Origin: Eledone cirrhosa
Lineage: Eukaryota
Reading direction: 5' to 3'
Assembly (NCBI GenBank): GCA_964016885.1
Contig: OZ024741.1
Location: forward strand, 295,926,001 to 295,990,000
DNA length: 64,000 nucleotides
Part shown: in pieces, positions 37,102 to 52,256 of the stretch
Layout: every line of letters begins with the position of its first letter
Numbering within the stretch: position 1 is the stretch's first letter
Made by a program: the position numbers and the translations under genes
The notes under the pieces: generated by a model
Seen by the model: the letters and a program-made list of their open reading frames with translations, nothing else
Database searches by the model: none
Told to the model about the DNA's origin: nothing

Positions 37102-37597
37102 CAAAGGAATTGTGGTAAGGAACAAGATGGACCATAACGCACCAGAGTACTCAATACTTAGGGTAGTAGAGTGGGAAATAGGAAAAAGTATGACCCCGAC
37201 GGCAGAGCTCAAGCCGTTTCGATGGCTATTTCTGGACTAAATTAAAATGTTTAGCCTGCTGAATAAATAGCCGAACTTGTCAAGGGAGTACTTCCTTATA
37301 TGGGAAGATTGTAGTTGTCAAGAGGATTGGTTAAAATTTGTTGTAAACACAAATAAGTCCCCATTGACAAGTTCGGCTATTTATTCACCAGGCTAAAAAT
37401 TCTAATTTAGTCCAGAAATAGCCGTCGAAACGGCTTGAGCTCTGCCGTCGGGGTCATACTTTTTCCTGTATATATATATATATATATATAACGAAGGAGT
37501 TGTGGTAAGGAACCAGATGGACCATAAAGCACCAGAGTACTCAATACTTAGGGTAGTAAAGTGGGTAATAGGAAAATGTATGACCATGGTCATACAT

Positions 37598-37600
<3 letters not shown>
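37100..37600. mobile_element. Inverted and tandem pLTR-like remnant with variant hammerheads
   Basis: 37180-37285 is inverted relative to 37362-37467; 37100-37195 is repeated at 37490-37585. Confidence 0.7.
37359..37454 (+). ncRNA. Type I hammerhead with U3-A8 core (TTGACAA)
   Basis: TTGACAA gttcggctattt...aaatagccgtc GAAA cggc ttgagctct gccg TC gggg; GUC triplet; second copy at 37193-37289(-). Confidence 0.65.
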
Positions 37601-37644
<44 letters not shown>

Positions 37645-37711
37645 CAAGGTTTAGCAAATAAGAAAAAGTTTTAAAATAAATTTTAAAAAATTCACTGTAC
37701 CTGCTGTAGTT

Positions 37712-37797
37712 ACCTTTACCGTACGGTTTCAAGTCTCAAAAATAAATGGATAGTCCTTACGGACATCCATTGAAAAGAAAGACTCTCGTCAGAAGGT
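37712..37797 (-). ncRNA. Type I hammerhead ribozyme with extended stem II
   Basis: Minus strand: acctt CTGACGA gagtc...aatggat gtcc gtaa ggac tatccatt...gactt GAAA ccg ta cgg TA aaggt. Confidence 0.8.
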
Positions 37798-37925
37798 TCT
37801 TTTCACTCGGAGAATATAAAATCCCGAGTTCAAATTACGAACTGGTGCTATTGTATTTTGCATGTAGGGATATATACTTTATATTTATATATATATATAT
37901 ATATATATAATTAGCTTCGTTTATT

Positions 37926-37980
37926 ACTGCTATATATATTTCGGTGACAGCCATCTTTGGCTGTGACCTCTTCAGGCAGT
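37926..37980 (-). ncRNA. Type I hammerhead ribozyme
   Basis: Minus strand: actgc CTGAAGA ggtcacagcc aaagat ggctgtcacc GAAA tatata TA gcagt, followed immediately by AATAAA. Confidence 0.85.
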
Positions 37981-38070
37981 CAGAATTAGTGTGGTATAGA
38001 CAAGTACATATGTTGGTGAGGTGTATAACTTTGTCAATACTCTGATAGGCCCAGTTCCTGGTTGGGTTGT

Positions 38071-39350
<1,280 letters not shown>

Positions 39351-39431
39351 CGTTTCTGAATTTGTTTAGCAAGATTCTTATTGGCAACATGACCCTCGAA
39401 AAGTATAACAATATATATATATATATATATA

Positions 39432-39660
39432 TTTATTAAAATAACAGATTAAAGTTTAAGCAAAGAATTGCGGCTTTCACCCGTAACGGGATCTTCTGAA
39501 ACTCAGTTTCAGAAGATCCCGTTAAGGGTGAAAGCAGCGATTCTTTGCTTAAACTTTAATCTGTTATTTTAATAAATATTTCCTCTACGGTTCTTATATA
39601 TTTGATATATATTTATCCTTATCGAGCCCTCTTTGGATTTTAGTCTTCAAATTTATTATT
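39432..39660 (+). mobile_element. Very short inverted insertion of the same pLTR (hairpin centred at about 39504)
   Basis: ...GATCTTCTGAAACT-C-AGTTTCAGAAGATC... palindrome, continuing to the pLTR 3' end. Confidence 0.85.
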
Positions 39661-40121
39661 ATTACTATTATTATTATTATAAAGTACCAGTAATGCACTG
39701 GGTAATTGCTGGCCTTGTGCCTAAAGTAGAAACAATTATTATTATTATTATTGGCGACCTACGTAGTAAATCGTATCATCGTGAGCTCCGCAAAGGTTTG
39801 TTATTTTCAGTTATTTAAAATTGCCATTTATGGAACATTTTTATTGTTAACTATATATAAGTGCACATACATTGATTTCTGAAAAGGACACTCAAAAATA
39901 TTGGGGCCTTGAGCCCAAAATTTAAACTTTTTATAATTATCAAACAAAAATTTTTTCTTTGAAAAATAAGGGATGACTCAGATTCACTCCTTCCTCACAA
40001 TCCAACACCTCACACCGACACCACCATTGTAAACATTACTACGTTTGCCAACACTGGAATTGTAAGCAGTAGCAATATTTTAAATTTGTCTCAGGCAGAC
40101 GTTCATTTCCCGCCATTACCA

Positions 40122-41921
40122 ATGACTGCAGGTGTTAAAGCCGCCACCACCACCACCACCACTACAGCGACAACAGAAACAAAATTTAAAAAAAAAAAAT
40201 TAACTCATGATATCGAAATGAATTCAACCAAAATTAACTATTCCACACCGAACACCACTGACGCCACCACCACAACAACTGAAACTAAAATTAACAATAG
40301 CAGAAATAACGATAATAACAACAACAACAATGAAATTAAGAAAACTACCCTGAGTTTTGCCAGAGTAGCAAAAACGTTCGAAGCGATTCAGGTAACTCAG
40401 GAAGAATTAGACGAAGCCAAAGGAATGGTAAAGAAAGATGGGTACAGGGTCAACCTCCCCTCCCCCCACCTAATAAAATGGAGCATCGGCGCCTATGCAC
40501 CGTGTCTTATCTGACAATAAACATAAAATCGCGCCGAGTGGAACGGGCATCTGAGTCCCAAATCCAAAAAGCTTTGGGATATGTGTGGGCAAAAAAAACT
40601 CACATCAGACGTGGGCAGAAGTATGGAACAGTGGACGTGTTCTTTGAAACACCATAGGATGCCAGAGAACACTCCATGGCCCCATTAAGAAGTGACGACT
40701 TCACACTCATCCCAAGCTATTGTGACCAGAGACTTGTGAAGATCAGGGTGACCCACGTTCCACCGGCCATCGAAATTCCCTGGCTAATGGCTGCCGTCCT
40801 CGCCGGCATCGAGGCCAACACCAAAATAATAGAAATAGCAAAAGAAAAGCAGGAGAACTGGTCCGGATCTGGGATGGAGCTCCTGATCCAAGCGGACCAT
40901 AAAAGCATTGAAGAGATCCCAGAGGTAATAGACCTCACTGACGGCAGCCACCTCACCGTAATCGTCGAGGGCAGAAGACCTAGGTGTGTCGTTTGTGGTG
41001 AAGGAACCCACCTAAGGGCTTTCTGCCCTCAGGCTAAAAGGTTGAGGCCACCTCTCTTACCCACCCCAGTGACTCAACCATCAACACCACCAGCAGCAAA
41101 AATAGCAGCAACAACTGTAGCAGCAACAACTGTAGCAGCAACAACAGAAGCAACTGTAACAGCAACAACCCCAGCAACAGTAGCAAAACCAACACCACCA
41201 CCACCCAACGCCCCAGAACTAGCACCAGCGCCTACACCATCCACCACGCCACAACAAAAACCAACACCTGTGGAGGATTTTCCACTTCCCGGCTTATCGC
41301 AACTGGAGACAGATTGTGACGACGAGGAGTGAGAAACGGTATCAGGAAAAAAGAAAAAAAAGAAGAAACCAAAAAAGAAAAAATTCTCTTCCTTCCCCCT
41401 CAAAAAACAAAATACAGAGGGAAACAAATAAATTATCGAACAAGAAAGTTAAGACAGATATGCCACCATCCACACCAGCATCACCAACCCCATCACCACA
41501 AACACCAACACCATCACCATCATTAACCCCAACACCACCATCACTAACACCACAAAAGTCAGCAAAAAGCGTAACAGAAACAAACCCACAACAAACGCAA
41601 ACAAAGCAAAACAACCAAAACGATACACACTACACAGCATTAAATTTGAACAACAACCAATTATTACACTACATGCAACACAACACCAGCATCACAGAAA
41701 AAGACTACACAACAACCCAAAAGTTCACACCACCTCCACACATACAAATCACACGCATCACACAGAAAACGTACACGACACTAAAACAAAAATTCCGCAA
41801 AGACATCGGAGACTTCCGACAAACACTCTCCAGGAGGATTGATAAGGACATCCTTCCGGAGTAGGCCACAAGCAGTGAAAAGGATGGACAAACCATCCTT
41901 CCTCTACGAGAAGTAAGGTAA
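40122..41921 (+). pseudogene. Copy E ORF1 (frameshifted)
   Basis: VIVEGRRPRCVVCGEGTHLRAFC knuckle; P/T-rich linker; YTTLKQKFRKDI...LSRRI homologous to copy A; frameshifts near 40460 and 41350, internal TAG at 41862. Confidence 0.8.
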
Positions 41922-41955
41922 GTGGTCTTTCCCATCTTTTCCACTTCGTTTCAAC

Positions 41956-44900
41956 ATGACCTCACTCAGAATAGGCAGCATAAATGCGCGTGGCTTGGGG
42001 TCGTCATGGAAGCAGGGCCACCTGCTCAACGACCTCAGGTCACTAAACATAGATGTAGTGGCCATCAGCGAGACCAGAATCTCCGAAGCACGGGCCTTCG
42101 CACCGATCTTCGGCGGCTACGATGTGTACGCATCTCCCAGCCGTCCTGGATCGGGGGGGAGGAGTTGCTGTGCTTTTTCGGAGAGGTTTGGATCTCGCCA
42201 TACGGGCCATCTTCCTGGACCCAGAAGGTAAGTTGGTGGTGCTAGACGTGACCAGCGGAGACGGGCAAGCTTTCAGGCTAGTGGCCGTCTATGCCCCGAC
42301 AGGAGCAGGGCGGCCTGATTTCTTCCGGCGTCTGGAGACCTTTCTTGGAACGTCCCGCTCTTTAGTGTTAGTGGGCGACTGGAACGGGATCTTAGATGCA
42401 CGCTGGGACTGTGTTGGATTAGCGGATAGGGGCGGAGGGTGCAAGAGCCTCACCAACCTGCTCAGGCGTTTTGAACTGTCTGACAGGTACCGATTAGATT
42501 TCCCGAATGTGTCAATGTGGACTTGGACAAATCGCATAGGGTCATCCAAATCATATCTAGATAGAGTATTTTGTAGAGAAATAGATAGGTCTAGCATAGG
42601 CTGTCCGCAATTCAAGATAGTCAGCTAGACGGACCACAAATTCGTGATCTGTGTACTTGACTTAGATAGGCTTCATAGACGAGGGCCCGGCTACTGGAAG
42701 CTAAGCGCGTCCTTACCAGCGCGCAAGGCCTACAGAGACCGGATTAGCAAACTAGTTAAGCGGGCGTCAACAACAAGTGGTGGTTTGCTCTGAAAAGAGC
42801 ATTTAGAATAGAGTCCATTAGGTTTAGTAAGGCTTTAGCAATAGAGAAAAATAGAGCAGAGGGAGAATTAGTTAGAAAATTAGACGAGGCGCTTAGCAAA
42901 GGCATCGTGATCGACGTGCTTGCGGCGAAATTGGCCCTTGACCAATTCTTCAATGCAAAGCACGAAGGCTGCGTTGTCAGAGCTAGGGTGCGTGCTCTCA
43001 GACACGAGGGGACGAAAGCCGTTCAATGGGCCCGAGTGGCGGAGGCGCATCGTGGCAACAAAGCCACGATCCGGTCTTTGGTGGACCACGACGGGCGCAT
43101 GCTACTGGATCCCGGGCAAATGTGTGAAGCTTTTCAGCGAAACTTCGCTCAGTTGTTCGGGGGCAGCGGCGGGCCGGATCGAGGGATGGACTTCAGTGTC
43201 TACCTCGACGGACTGCCGCGGCTCTCGGCCACTGAGGCGGAGTGTTGCGAAAAGCCGATAACATCCGCTGGAGGCAATGACTAGCTGCACAAGGGGTAAA
43301 TCGCCTGGTTTGGATGGTCTGCCCTATGAACTTTACGTACAGATGCCAGACTTATTCGGAGGCCTCTTGGCGGACGTCTACTGCAACTGGCAACAGAACG
43401 GGAGAATTCCCAGCTCTGTGAGCCGAGGAGCTGTGGTGCTGCTGAGAAAGGATCCGAACAAGGGGGATAACATAGATAATTTTAGGCCCATAACTCTGCT
43501 AAACACAGAGTTCAAGATTTTGGCCAAGGTGCTAGCAAAGAGGTTGGCGCTTGTCGTTGGTGGTCTGGTGGGAGAGGCGCAGACATGCGCCATTCCCGAC
43601 AGATCCATCCACGACAACCTCCACCTCATGCGATACATCGTAGAAAGGGTAGCTAGGGAACCTGGCACGGGTGGGTCCTTGATCAATTTAGATCAGTCAA
43701 AAGCTTTCGATAGGGTCGACCATCGTTACCTAGCGGCAGTCCTGAGGGCGGCTGGCTTTGGGCCTGTCTTCAGAGGCTGGATCGCTGCCATGCACAGCGA
43801 CATCTGCTCTGTGGTGAGAGTGAACGGTCACCTTTCGGAACCGTTCAACATCATGCGCTCGGTCCGCCAAGGATGTCCCTTCTCGTCCCTCTTGTACGTA
43901 TTGACTCTCGAGCCATTACTGCACAAACTGGAGACGTTGAGGGGGGGGGGGGGGTCCCCGCGCGAACTAGGATGCGGAAGATCCGTGTCAGCATATGCGG
44001 ACGATGTCACCGTAGTGGTGTCGAACGCCAAACACATCGAGGCGATCGGCACTAAACTAAGAGAATACGAAGCGGTGACAGGAGCAATGATCAACCAGGA
44101 AAAGTCAGTCGGCCTGCAGTTCGGCACCTGGAGAGGCAGGTCCATGCCGTCCAACAGCGTCGTCGGGTGCTGGACGGACGGACCAGTTAAATTGCTCGGG
44201 GTCTGGTTCGGTCCAGATCTCCAGACGGACAAAAACTGGGACGAGGTGACGAGCAGGGTGGCTTCTCTCACCCGGAAATGGGCCGAGAGGAAGCTATCCC
44301 TGAAAGGTCGAGCGGAGGTGGCTAACGCGTATATCGCGTCCATCATCTACTACCGCCTGACCGTTGTACCTTGTCCTAAGCCCCACCTGACTGCGCTGGA
44401 GCGTTTGCTCTTTCGCTTTTTGTGGAAGGGACGCGCTCCGATGGTCAGGAGGTCCTTCTGCTGTCAACACCCGCTACGTGGAGGGCTGGGCATGCCGTGG
44501 CTGATGATGCGCAGACACGCGCTCAGGCTACGACATCTCCACCTCTTCCTCGACGGTGATCAGGTGTGGTCGCCGTTTGCTAGACACGTCTTTCCCCAGC
44601 TCGTCTCCTTGACGGAGCTGCAGTCCTGGGTCAAGCGAAGACCGAGAGGGAGCGCTTGGAGACTGGAATGTCTTCAGGCGCTCCCAGCCCTCGACCAATC
44701 GGGCAATGTGATCGGTGAAAACTCCACCTTGGCGTTCTATAGAGGATTAGTGGAGGGGAAGAGCGACGACGTACTTGGAGAAACTCTAGGCGTCGAAGAA
44801 AATCAACTAGCCAATCTCTTCGGACGGACTTTCGGGCCGGGGCCTATGGACAACTTCCAGAAATCCCTGGCCTGGCGGTGCTACCGGGGTGCTTTGCCAG

Positions 44901-45361
44901 TTCGGGATAAACTCTACAGGCATGGAGGTGCCGTCAGCCGGGCATGTCCGAGATGCGCGCAGGACGACGAAAACGTCCTGCACGCACTCGTCCAGTGTCC
45001 GAGCATTGCTGACTTGTGGGTTTATGTCGAACACCTGCTGTCACGTGTAGGACGGATCCAGCTATCATCTGAGTCCATCGTGAGGATTGCCCCGCCCTCC
45101 TCCTTTAGCCGGGAAGGGCAGGCAGTTTTTATCTGTCTGGTGGCCATGGCGAAAGAGATAGTATGGTGGACACATTTGAAAGGGCTGAAGACGAGCACTT
45201 ACCTCTTCGGTGATGCCCTGATTAACCTTTTCAAATTTCATTTGAAAAGGAAAATCAGGGTAGAGAGGGAAGTGCTCTCTTCCCAGCATTTTGTTGAAAG
45301 ATGAGTGAGAGAAGCAAGTATGACCCGAGTGAATGGGCCTACTCTGAGTATGTGTCTGTAA
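41956..45361 (+). pseudogene. Copy E ORF2 (APE-RT-zinc finger), disrupted
   Basis: MTSLRIGSINARGL, VGDWNG, KSPGLDGL, YADD, CPRC...HALVQC; several frameshifts and stops (about 42155, 42626, 42765, 43275, 45302). Confidence 0.9.
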
Positions 45362-45604
45362 ATTAAAGGTGGACAACTGGGAGAGGGCACTTGCCCTAGT
45401 GGTCAGGGTCACTGTGGTCTTTTAATGGGCTTTCTCCACAAATGTCCCTCGGAAGTCTCCCCCCTATTGGGGAATTTTTCTTTGTTATTTTATTACATCC
45501 TCTGTTTTTTTTACACGCAGAAATGCCCATTTGTACCGTCCTGTATTGTCCTGTACTGTCCTTAATGTCTACTTTATGTAAACCCTTGTGGTTAATAAAG
45601 AAAA

Positions 45605-45670
<66 letters not shown>

Positions 45671-45774
45671 TATATTCAAAAACTGATGATGGGGAAGTCT
45701 GTGTAAGGTCAATATCTCGCCTTCTAAACGATAAAACCTCAAAACTATTTCTCAACGTGCTTTCTGAACTTTGC

Positions 45775-45824
45775 ACTTGACTGATGACCCTGTGATGAAC
45801 TGACGAAACTCCAGAGTAACAAGT
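45775..45824 (+). ncRNA. Degenerate type I hammerhead
   Basis: acttg a CTGATGA ... C GAAA ctc ca gag TA a caagt, AATAAA at 45841; stem II pairs poorly. Confidence 0.5.
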
Positions 45825-45847
45825 CTCAGTATTTAGCTTTAATAAAA

Positions 45848-45889
<42 letters not shown>

Positions 45890-46122
45890 AAACAGAGCGG
45901 GGAGGGCTGAAGGTGAAGGTGGTGTTTGTGTATGTGTGTAGGTGTACGCGTGTGTGTGTGCGTGTATATGTGAATGTGAGAGTTGGGGGAAGAACGAGGT
46001 TCCATGTTCAGGAAAAGGTGTATATATATATATATATATATATATAGCGATGGTGGTTTTTCCCTATTTGACTGATGGTGTACTGTCTCTCTCTCTGGTG
46101 TGTTATCTTTTCTACATATTGC

Positions 46123-46166
<44 letters not shown>

Positions 46167-46277
46167 GAAACAGTTGTTCTCGGTATGGTGAACTAACTGT
46201 TGTGTAACCACTTCTACCTAACTCGTCTCATGGACTGAGTGCTCTACCACTACGGATATTACATTCCAGTGTTCTAC

Positions 46278-46316
<39 letters not shown>

Positions 46317-46803
46317 GATTGGTGCTCTGAAATAGCGATGTATACATGAATATATGTATAGTATATTTGGCAATATACTGTATGGTTAATTAAAAACATT
46401 TTGAAGACCTTGCGCTATCATTTTAAAGTAGTGACTATGTCACTTACTTCTTTCTCCAACAAACAAAGGGAGATAAGCTGACAGATCTGTTTCACACTGT
46501 TGGTAATCAGTTCCTGGTTGTTACTGGAATTCTATAAGAATCCAGCATCTATAATTTTCAACAAACATCGGGGTTGCCCCCCCCCCCCCCCCCCCTACAC
46601 AGAGTCTTCCCGCTATTCTACTACTTACTCCACATATCAAACACTAATCAATAACAGTTTGCCAGACGGAAATTATTTTAAGGAAGAAAAAAAATTTATT
46701 TTCTATAATTAAGAATATTTACTCTTCGGGATGTTCATCACTAGCGATTTAATAACAAATATCGATTTAATACTTTCCTATTGGTTTTATTTATATTATC
46801 AAG

Positions 46804-46960
46804 GTAGGCGGCGAAATGGCAGAGTCGTTAGAAAGTCAGATAGAATGTTTTGTGGTCCTAATTCCGGCTGTCTGCTATCTGAGTTCAAATCCCGCCGAGG
46901 TCAACTTTGAATTTCATGCTTTCGAGATCAATGAAAAAAAGTGTCAGTCTAGTACTGGGG
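46804..46960 (+). mobile_element. tRNA-derived Nin/Deu-domain SINE
   Basis: GGCGGCGAAATGGCAGAGTCGTTAG...GAGTTCAAATCCCGCCGAGGTCAACTTTG..TTTCAT..TTTCGAG.TC.ATGAAAA. Confidence 0.7.
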
Positions 46961-47523
46961 TCGAGTCTTCCTCTGTCTCTTTCTTACTTCCTTTCTCTCG
47001 TCCTTTACCTTTCTCTGGAAGAAAAATGCTGTATTCAAACCTGGAGGAGGAGATGGGCTCCGCCAGGTTTCAAAAAATGCACAAGGGACGCCGTATGTCA
47101 CTATGGCGTCCCTACGATTCTCTCAGGAGTGACAGGACTAAGAGAAGATATCAAGTTTCTTATATATTTTGATACTTTTTTTACAAAGTCCATAAAGTTA
47201 GGAGGAGTAGTCGGAATTTTCACAGAATGTTTAACCGCCATGTTAAATTCTATAGATTTTATCTCTATGGTAGACCTGCGAATTAAATTGTAGAGATTTT
47301 GACTAAATTCTTCTTCTTCTTCAAACACTCTTCCCAGCGGATTCTGCCAGAAGCAACCGCCTCTCTCTCTCTCTCTCAAACGTCTGTGTTTATGTCCTGT
47401 AATTTGGCGGTTCGACAAAAGAGATCGATAAAATAAGTACTGGGACGATATGATCGACTAAATCCCTTTATGACAGTGCCCCAGCATGGTCGCAGTCATA
47501 TAACTGAAACAAGTAAAAGTGCA

Positions 47524-47578
<55 letters not shown>

Positions 47579-47601
47579 ATGTGTGTGTGTGTGTGTGTGT
47601 A

Positions 47602-47660
<59 letters not shown>

Positions 47661-47754
47661 ATTTATTTATTTATTTATTTGAATACCTACCAATGTATGA
47701 CGATGACTATCATGCGGAGGAGGATGTGGGATATGGCGCACGATTTCCTCCTTG

Positions 47755-47881
47755 GTGATGTTGTTGTTGTTAATGTTGTTGCTACTAATGTTGTTGTTGT
47801 TATTGCTGTTGTTGCTGCTAATGTCGGTGCTGTGGTTCTTAATGTTGTTGTTGTTGCTAATGACGGTGCTGTGGTTGTTAA

Positions 47882-47933
<52 letters not shown>

Positions 47934-47935
47934 GA
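47755..47935. repeat. (GTT)n microsatellite with degenerate flank
   Basis: Direct inspection. Confidence 0.9.
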
Positions 47936-48019
47936 CTTTGGAAGGAAGTTTAACATTTTTAGAATGTCAGAAACGATACTTAACTTTGTATTACATTGGC
48001 TTGTACGCGTGGTTTAGTT

Positions 48020-49748
48020 GTTACCACAAACACTACCACCACCAACGCCAACACCACCAACACCAACACTACCACCAACGCCAACACCAACAACGCCAAC
48101 ACTACCACAAACACTACCACCACCAACGCCAACACCACCAACACCAACACTACCACCAACAACAACACAACCAATAACACCACCAACACCACCAACACTA
48201 CCACCAACAACAACACCACCAACACCAACACCAATAACACCACCAACAACACCAACACCAGTAACACCACCAACACCAACACCAATAACACCACCAACAC
48301 CACCAACACTACCACCAACAACAACACCACCAATACCAACACCAACACCACCACTACCACCACTAACACCAACACCAGTAACACCACCAACAACACCAAC
48401 ACTACCACCAACACCAACACCAGTAACACCACCAACAACACCAACACTACCACCAACAACAACACCACCAATACCAACACCAACACCACCACTACCACCA
48501 ACAACAACACCACCAACACCAACACCAACACCAGTAACACCACCAACAACACCAACACTAACACCAACACCAACACCACCAATACCAACACCAACACCAC
48601 CACTACCACCAACACTACCACCAACAACAACACCACCAATACAAACATCAACACCACCACTACCACCACCAACACCAACACCAGTAACACCACCAACAAC
48701 ACCAACACTACCACCAACACCAACACCACCAATACTAACACCAACACCACCAACACCAACAACACCAATACCAACACCAACACCACCACCACCACCACCA
48801 ACACCAACACCAATAACACCACCAACACCACCAACACTACCACCAACACCAACACCACCAATACCAACACCAACACCACCACTACCACCACCAACACCAA
48901 CACCAGTAACACCACCAACAACACTAACACTACCACCAACACCAACACCACCAATACTAACACCAACACCACCACTACCACCACCAACACCAACACCAGT
49001 AACACCACCAACACCACCAACACTACCAACAACACCAACACCAGTAACACCACCAACAACACCAACACTACCACCAACACCAACACCACCAACACTAACA
49101 CCAACACCACCACTACCACCACCAACACCAACACCAGTAACACCACCAACACCACCAACACTACCACCAACAACAACACCACCAACACCAACACCAATAA
49201 CACCACCAACACCACCAACACTACCACCAATACCAACACCACCAATACCACCACCACCACCACCACCAACACCAACACCAACACCAGTAACACCACCAAC
49301 ACCACCAACACTACCAACACCAACACCAATAACACCACCAACACCACAAACACTACCACCAACACCAATACCACCAATACCAACACAAACACCACCACCA
49401 CCAACAACAACAACAACACCAACACCAATAACACCACCAACACCACCAACACTACCACCAACACCAACACCAGTAACACCACCAACAACACCAACACTAC
49501 CACCAACACCAACACCACCATTACCAACACCAACACCACCACTACCACCACCACCACCAACACCAGTAACACCACCAACACCACCAACACCAACACCACC
49601 ACCAACACCACCACCACCAACACCAACACCACCACCAACACCACCATCACCACCAACACCAACACCACCAACACCACCAACACCACCAACACCATCACCA
49701 CCAACACCAACACCACCAACACCACCACCACCACCACTACCACCACTA
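48020..49748. repeat. C/A-rich cryptic tandem repeat (CCAACA/CCACCA/CTACCA units)
   Basis: 1.7 kb built almost entirely of NNA triplets with recurring sub-blocks; open in several frames. Confidence 0.92.
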
Positions 49749-49871
49749 TTGATGTTAGTTAAAATAAAACTGTCCTGAAATTCCAAGCAAGAATCGTTAA
49801 CGGAAGTACATTGTTTAGAGTCTTAAATATCAAATACTGGACGGTTTCTGTCTGTGCAAGTACCGCTGTGT

Positions 49872-49911
<40 letters not shown>

Positions 49912-50009
49912 GTGTGTGTGTATATATATGCATATATATATATATATATACAATATATATATGTATGTATGTATGTATATATGTATGTATATATGTATGT
50001 ATATATATG

Positions 50010-50057
<48 letters not shown>

Positions 50058-50183
50058 TACATGCGTGTATTTTATTTGTGTAGGAGTGTAAAATATATGG
50101 CGGGGGTGTAATCTATGTGTATATGTCCCCGCGCGTGCAGGCAATTAATTATATTTTTAATAAACAGGACATATAGGATATAG

Positions 50184-50306
<123 letters not shown>

Positions 50307-50631
50307 GCTTTGTATAGACAAGCAAGCATAGTTGAGTGGTGAAAGACGTACAATTCGTAAAACTACTTTGTTCCAGGTTCGATATCACTACACAGCACCT
50401 CTTACGGAAGTGTTATCTTCTATTAGTGTTTCTACTATAAGTGTTTTCTACTATAGCAGCTCTCTGAACGATGTTACGGTATCTTTCAAGATCAGACTAT
50501 ATCATATTGAGATAACCAGACTCTGTTTGGGTGTATATATATATATATATGGGGGGGGGGGGCTTGTACTGTAAGTTTATTACTGTTATAAGGAGACATC
50601 TTAATATATTAGGATGTATACGTACATACAT

Positions 50632-50665
<34 letters not shown>

Positions 50666-50740
50666 TAAAGAGTTAAACAATATTCAATGAGTTTTACAGT
50701 AGATTGGAAGCACTCTATGGAATAATTTTCCAGAGTTATT

Positions 50741-51438
50741 AATATTAAAATACAAATATTAATAAAATAGATGTTCTTTTTATCAATTACATTTTATTAT
50801 ACATATTTCAGATGTACAACAGTACGTCCTCATCAGACAAAATATAATGATATATGACATACCCTGAGATGTTAAATGGTTAAGATTTAATCAAAGTAGT
50901 GATTAACCTAAGAGAAAGTTTAACATTTATACCCTAATTATGAGAAAATGCGAAAACGTAATAAATTCGATAGAAAATGTGTGAGTAAGAAAAACGTTGC
51001 TTAATGTAACTGTTATAGAGATTTTTAAATGTATGATACTATAATTTATCAGGGAAAGCGGTCAATGAGAGCCGCTGAGATAATATATATAGAGAGAGGG
51101 AATATATTTTAAAAAAACAACTAAAATCTTGATTCTTCACCCTAAAATAGCATAAATTAAATATTTTCAAACTTAACCGTTTAACTTTCGGAAAATCTCC
51201 TTCTACACATATTCTCTATCGAATTTATTACGTTTTCGCATTTTCTCATAATTAGGGTATAAATGTTAAACTTTCTCTTAGGTTAATCACTACTTTGATT
51301 AAATCTTAACCATTTAACATCTCAGGGTATGTCATATATCATTATATTTTGTCTGATGAGGACGTACTGTTGTACATCTGAAATATGTATAATAAAATGT
51401 AATTGATAAAAAGAACATCTATTTTATTATTATTTGTA

Positions 51439-51447
<9 letters not shown>
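50741..51447. mobile_element. Inverted pLTR-like remnant with one hammerhead per arm
   Basis: Arms about 50741-50980 and 51205-51447 are near-identical inverted repeats; hammerhead attttgt CTGATGA ggacgtac tgtt gtacatct GAAA tatgta TA ataaaat at 51346-51398(+) and 50791-50843(-). Confidence 0.82.
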
Positions 51448-51500
<53 letters not shown>

Positions 51501-51861
51501 TTTATTTTTTATCTTTATTTGTTATTTTTTCATTCGCACCGTTTCCTTTCGCTATATGTCTCTCCACCACTCCCCTACACACCTTTTGAACTCTGTTCCC
51601 ACACACTTCTCACCTTAGGAAGGGCTTATGCCCGAAACGTCGTCCCCCATCTACCCCCCACTCTCCTGAGCGTGAAATTAATAAACATTTATTGTACTGC
51701 CTCTCTGTTTTGTCCCTGTTCAAATTTTTCCATTATATATATATATATATATATATAGTAATAATAATTATATTTATAAAAAAAAAAAAAAATTTGTTTC
51801 CGTTCTTAACATGGTGGATATCTAAATGTATTCGTGAGTGAATGATAATGATATTATAATA

Positions 51862-52256
51862 ATTGTTTCTACTTTTGGCACAAGGCCAGCGATTATCTCA
51901 GTGTATTACTGGTACTTTATTTTATCGACCCCGTAAGGATGAAAGGCAAAGTTGACCTTGGCGGGAATTGAACTCAGACAGCAAAGGGCCGTAACTCTAT
52001 GCTGCAAAACATGGCGTCCGACCTTCTACCGATACTGCCAATCCACTATAATATTATCATAATATTAGGTGGATTGGCAGTATCAGTAGAGGGTCGGACG
52101 CCATGCTTTGATGCATAGAGTTACGGCCCTTGCCATTTTGAGTTCAAATCCCGCCGAGGTTAAATTTGCCTTTCATCCTTACGGGGTGGATAAAATAAAG
52201 TACCAGTAATGCACTGGGTAATTGCTGGCCTTGTGTCAAAAGTAGAAACAATTATT
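51862..52256. mobile_element. Head-to-head pair of Nin/Deu-domain SINEs (51862-52048 minus, 52068-52256 plus)
   Basis: GTGGATTGGCAGTATC...GAGTTCAAATCCCGCCGAGGT...GCCTTTCATCCTTACGGGG..GATAAAATAAAGTACCAGT...AAAGTAGAAACAATT on both strands. Confidence 0.85.

Larger units (their letters stand above)
39753..45605 (+). mobile_element. Full-length degenerate Tx1-clade element (copy E, a distinct family) inserted in (ATT)n
   Basis: Starts right after (ATT)6 at 39735-39752; ends AATAAAGAAAAC followed by (ATT)n at 45606-45653; carries ORF1 and ORF2 remnants. Confidence 0.9.

Noticed and set aside
46060-46210. Possible hammerhead (CTGATGG ... GAAACAGTT)
   Set aside because: Core is mismatched, a (TA)n tract interrupts it and no convincing stem I was found.
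47980-49786. ORFs of about 590 aa (Pro/Thr, Thr/Asn, Val/Leu, Gly/Val) resembling mucin or extensin
   Set aside because: Open in four frames because the triplet repeat lacks stops; no signal peptide, flanking domain or clear splice context.
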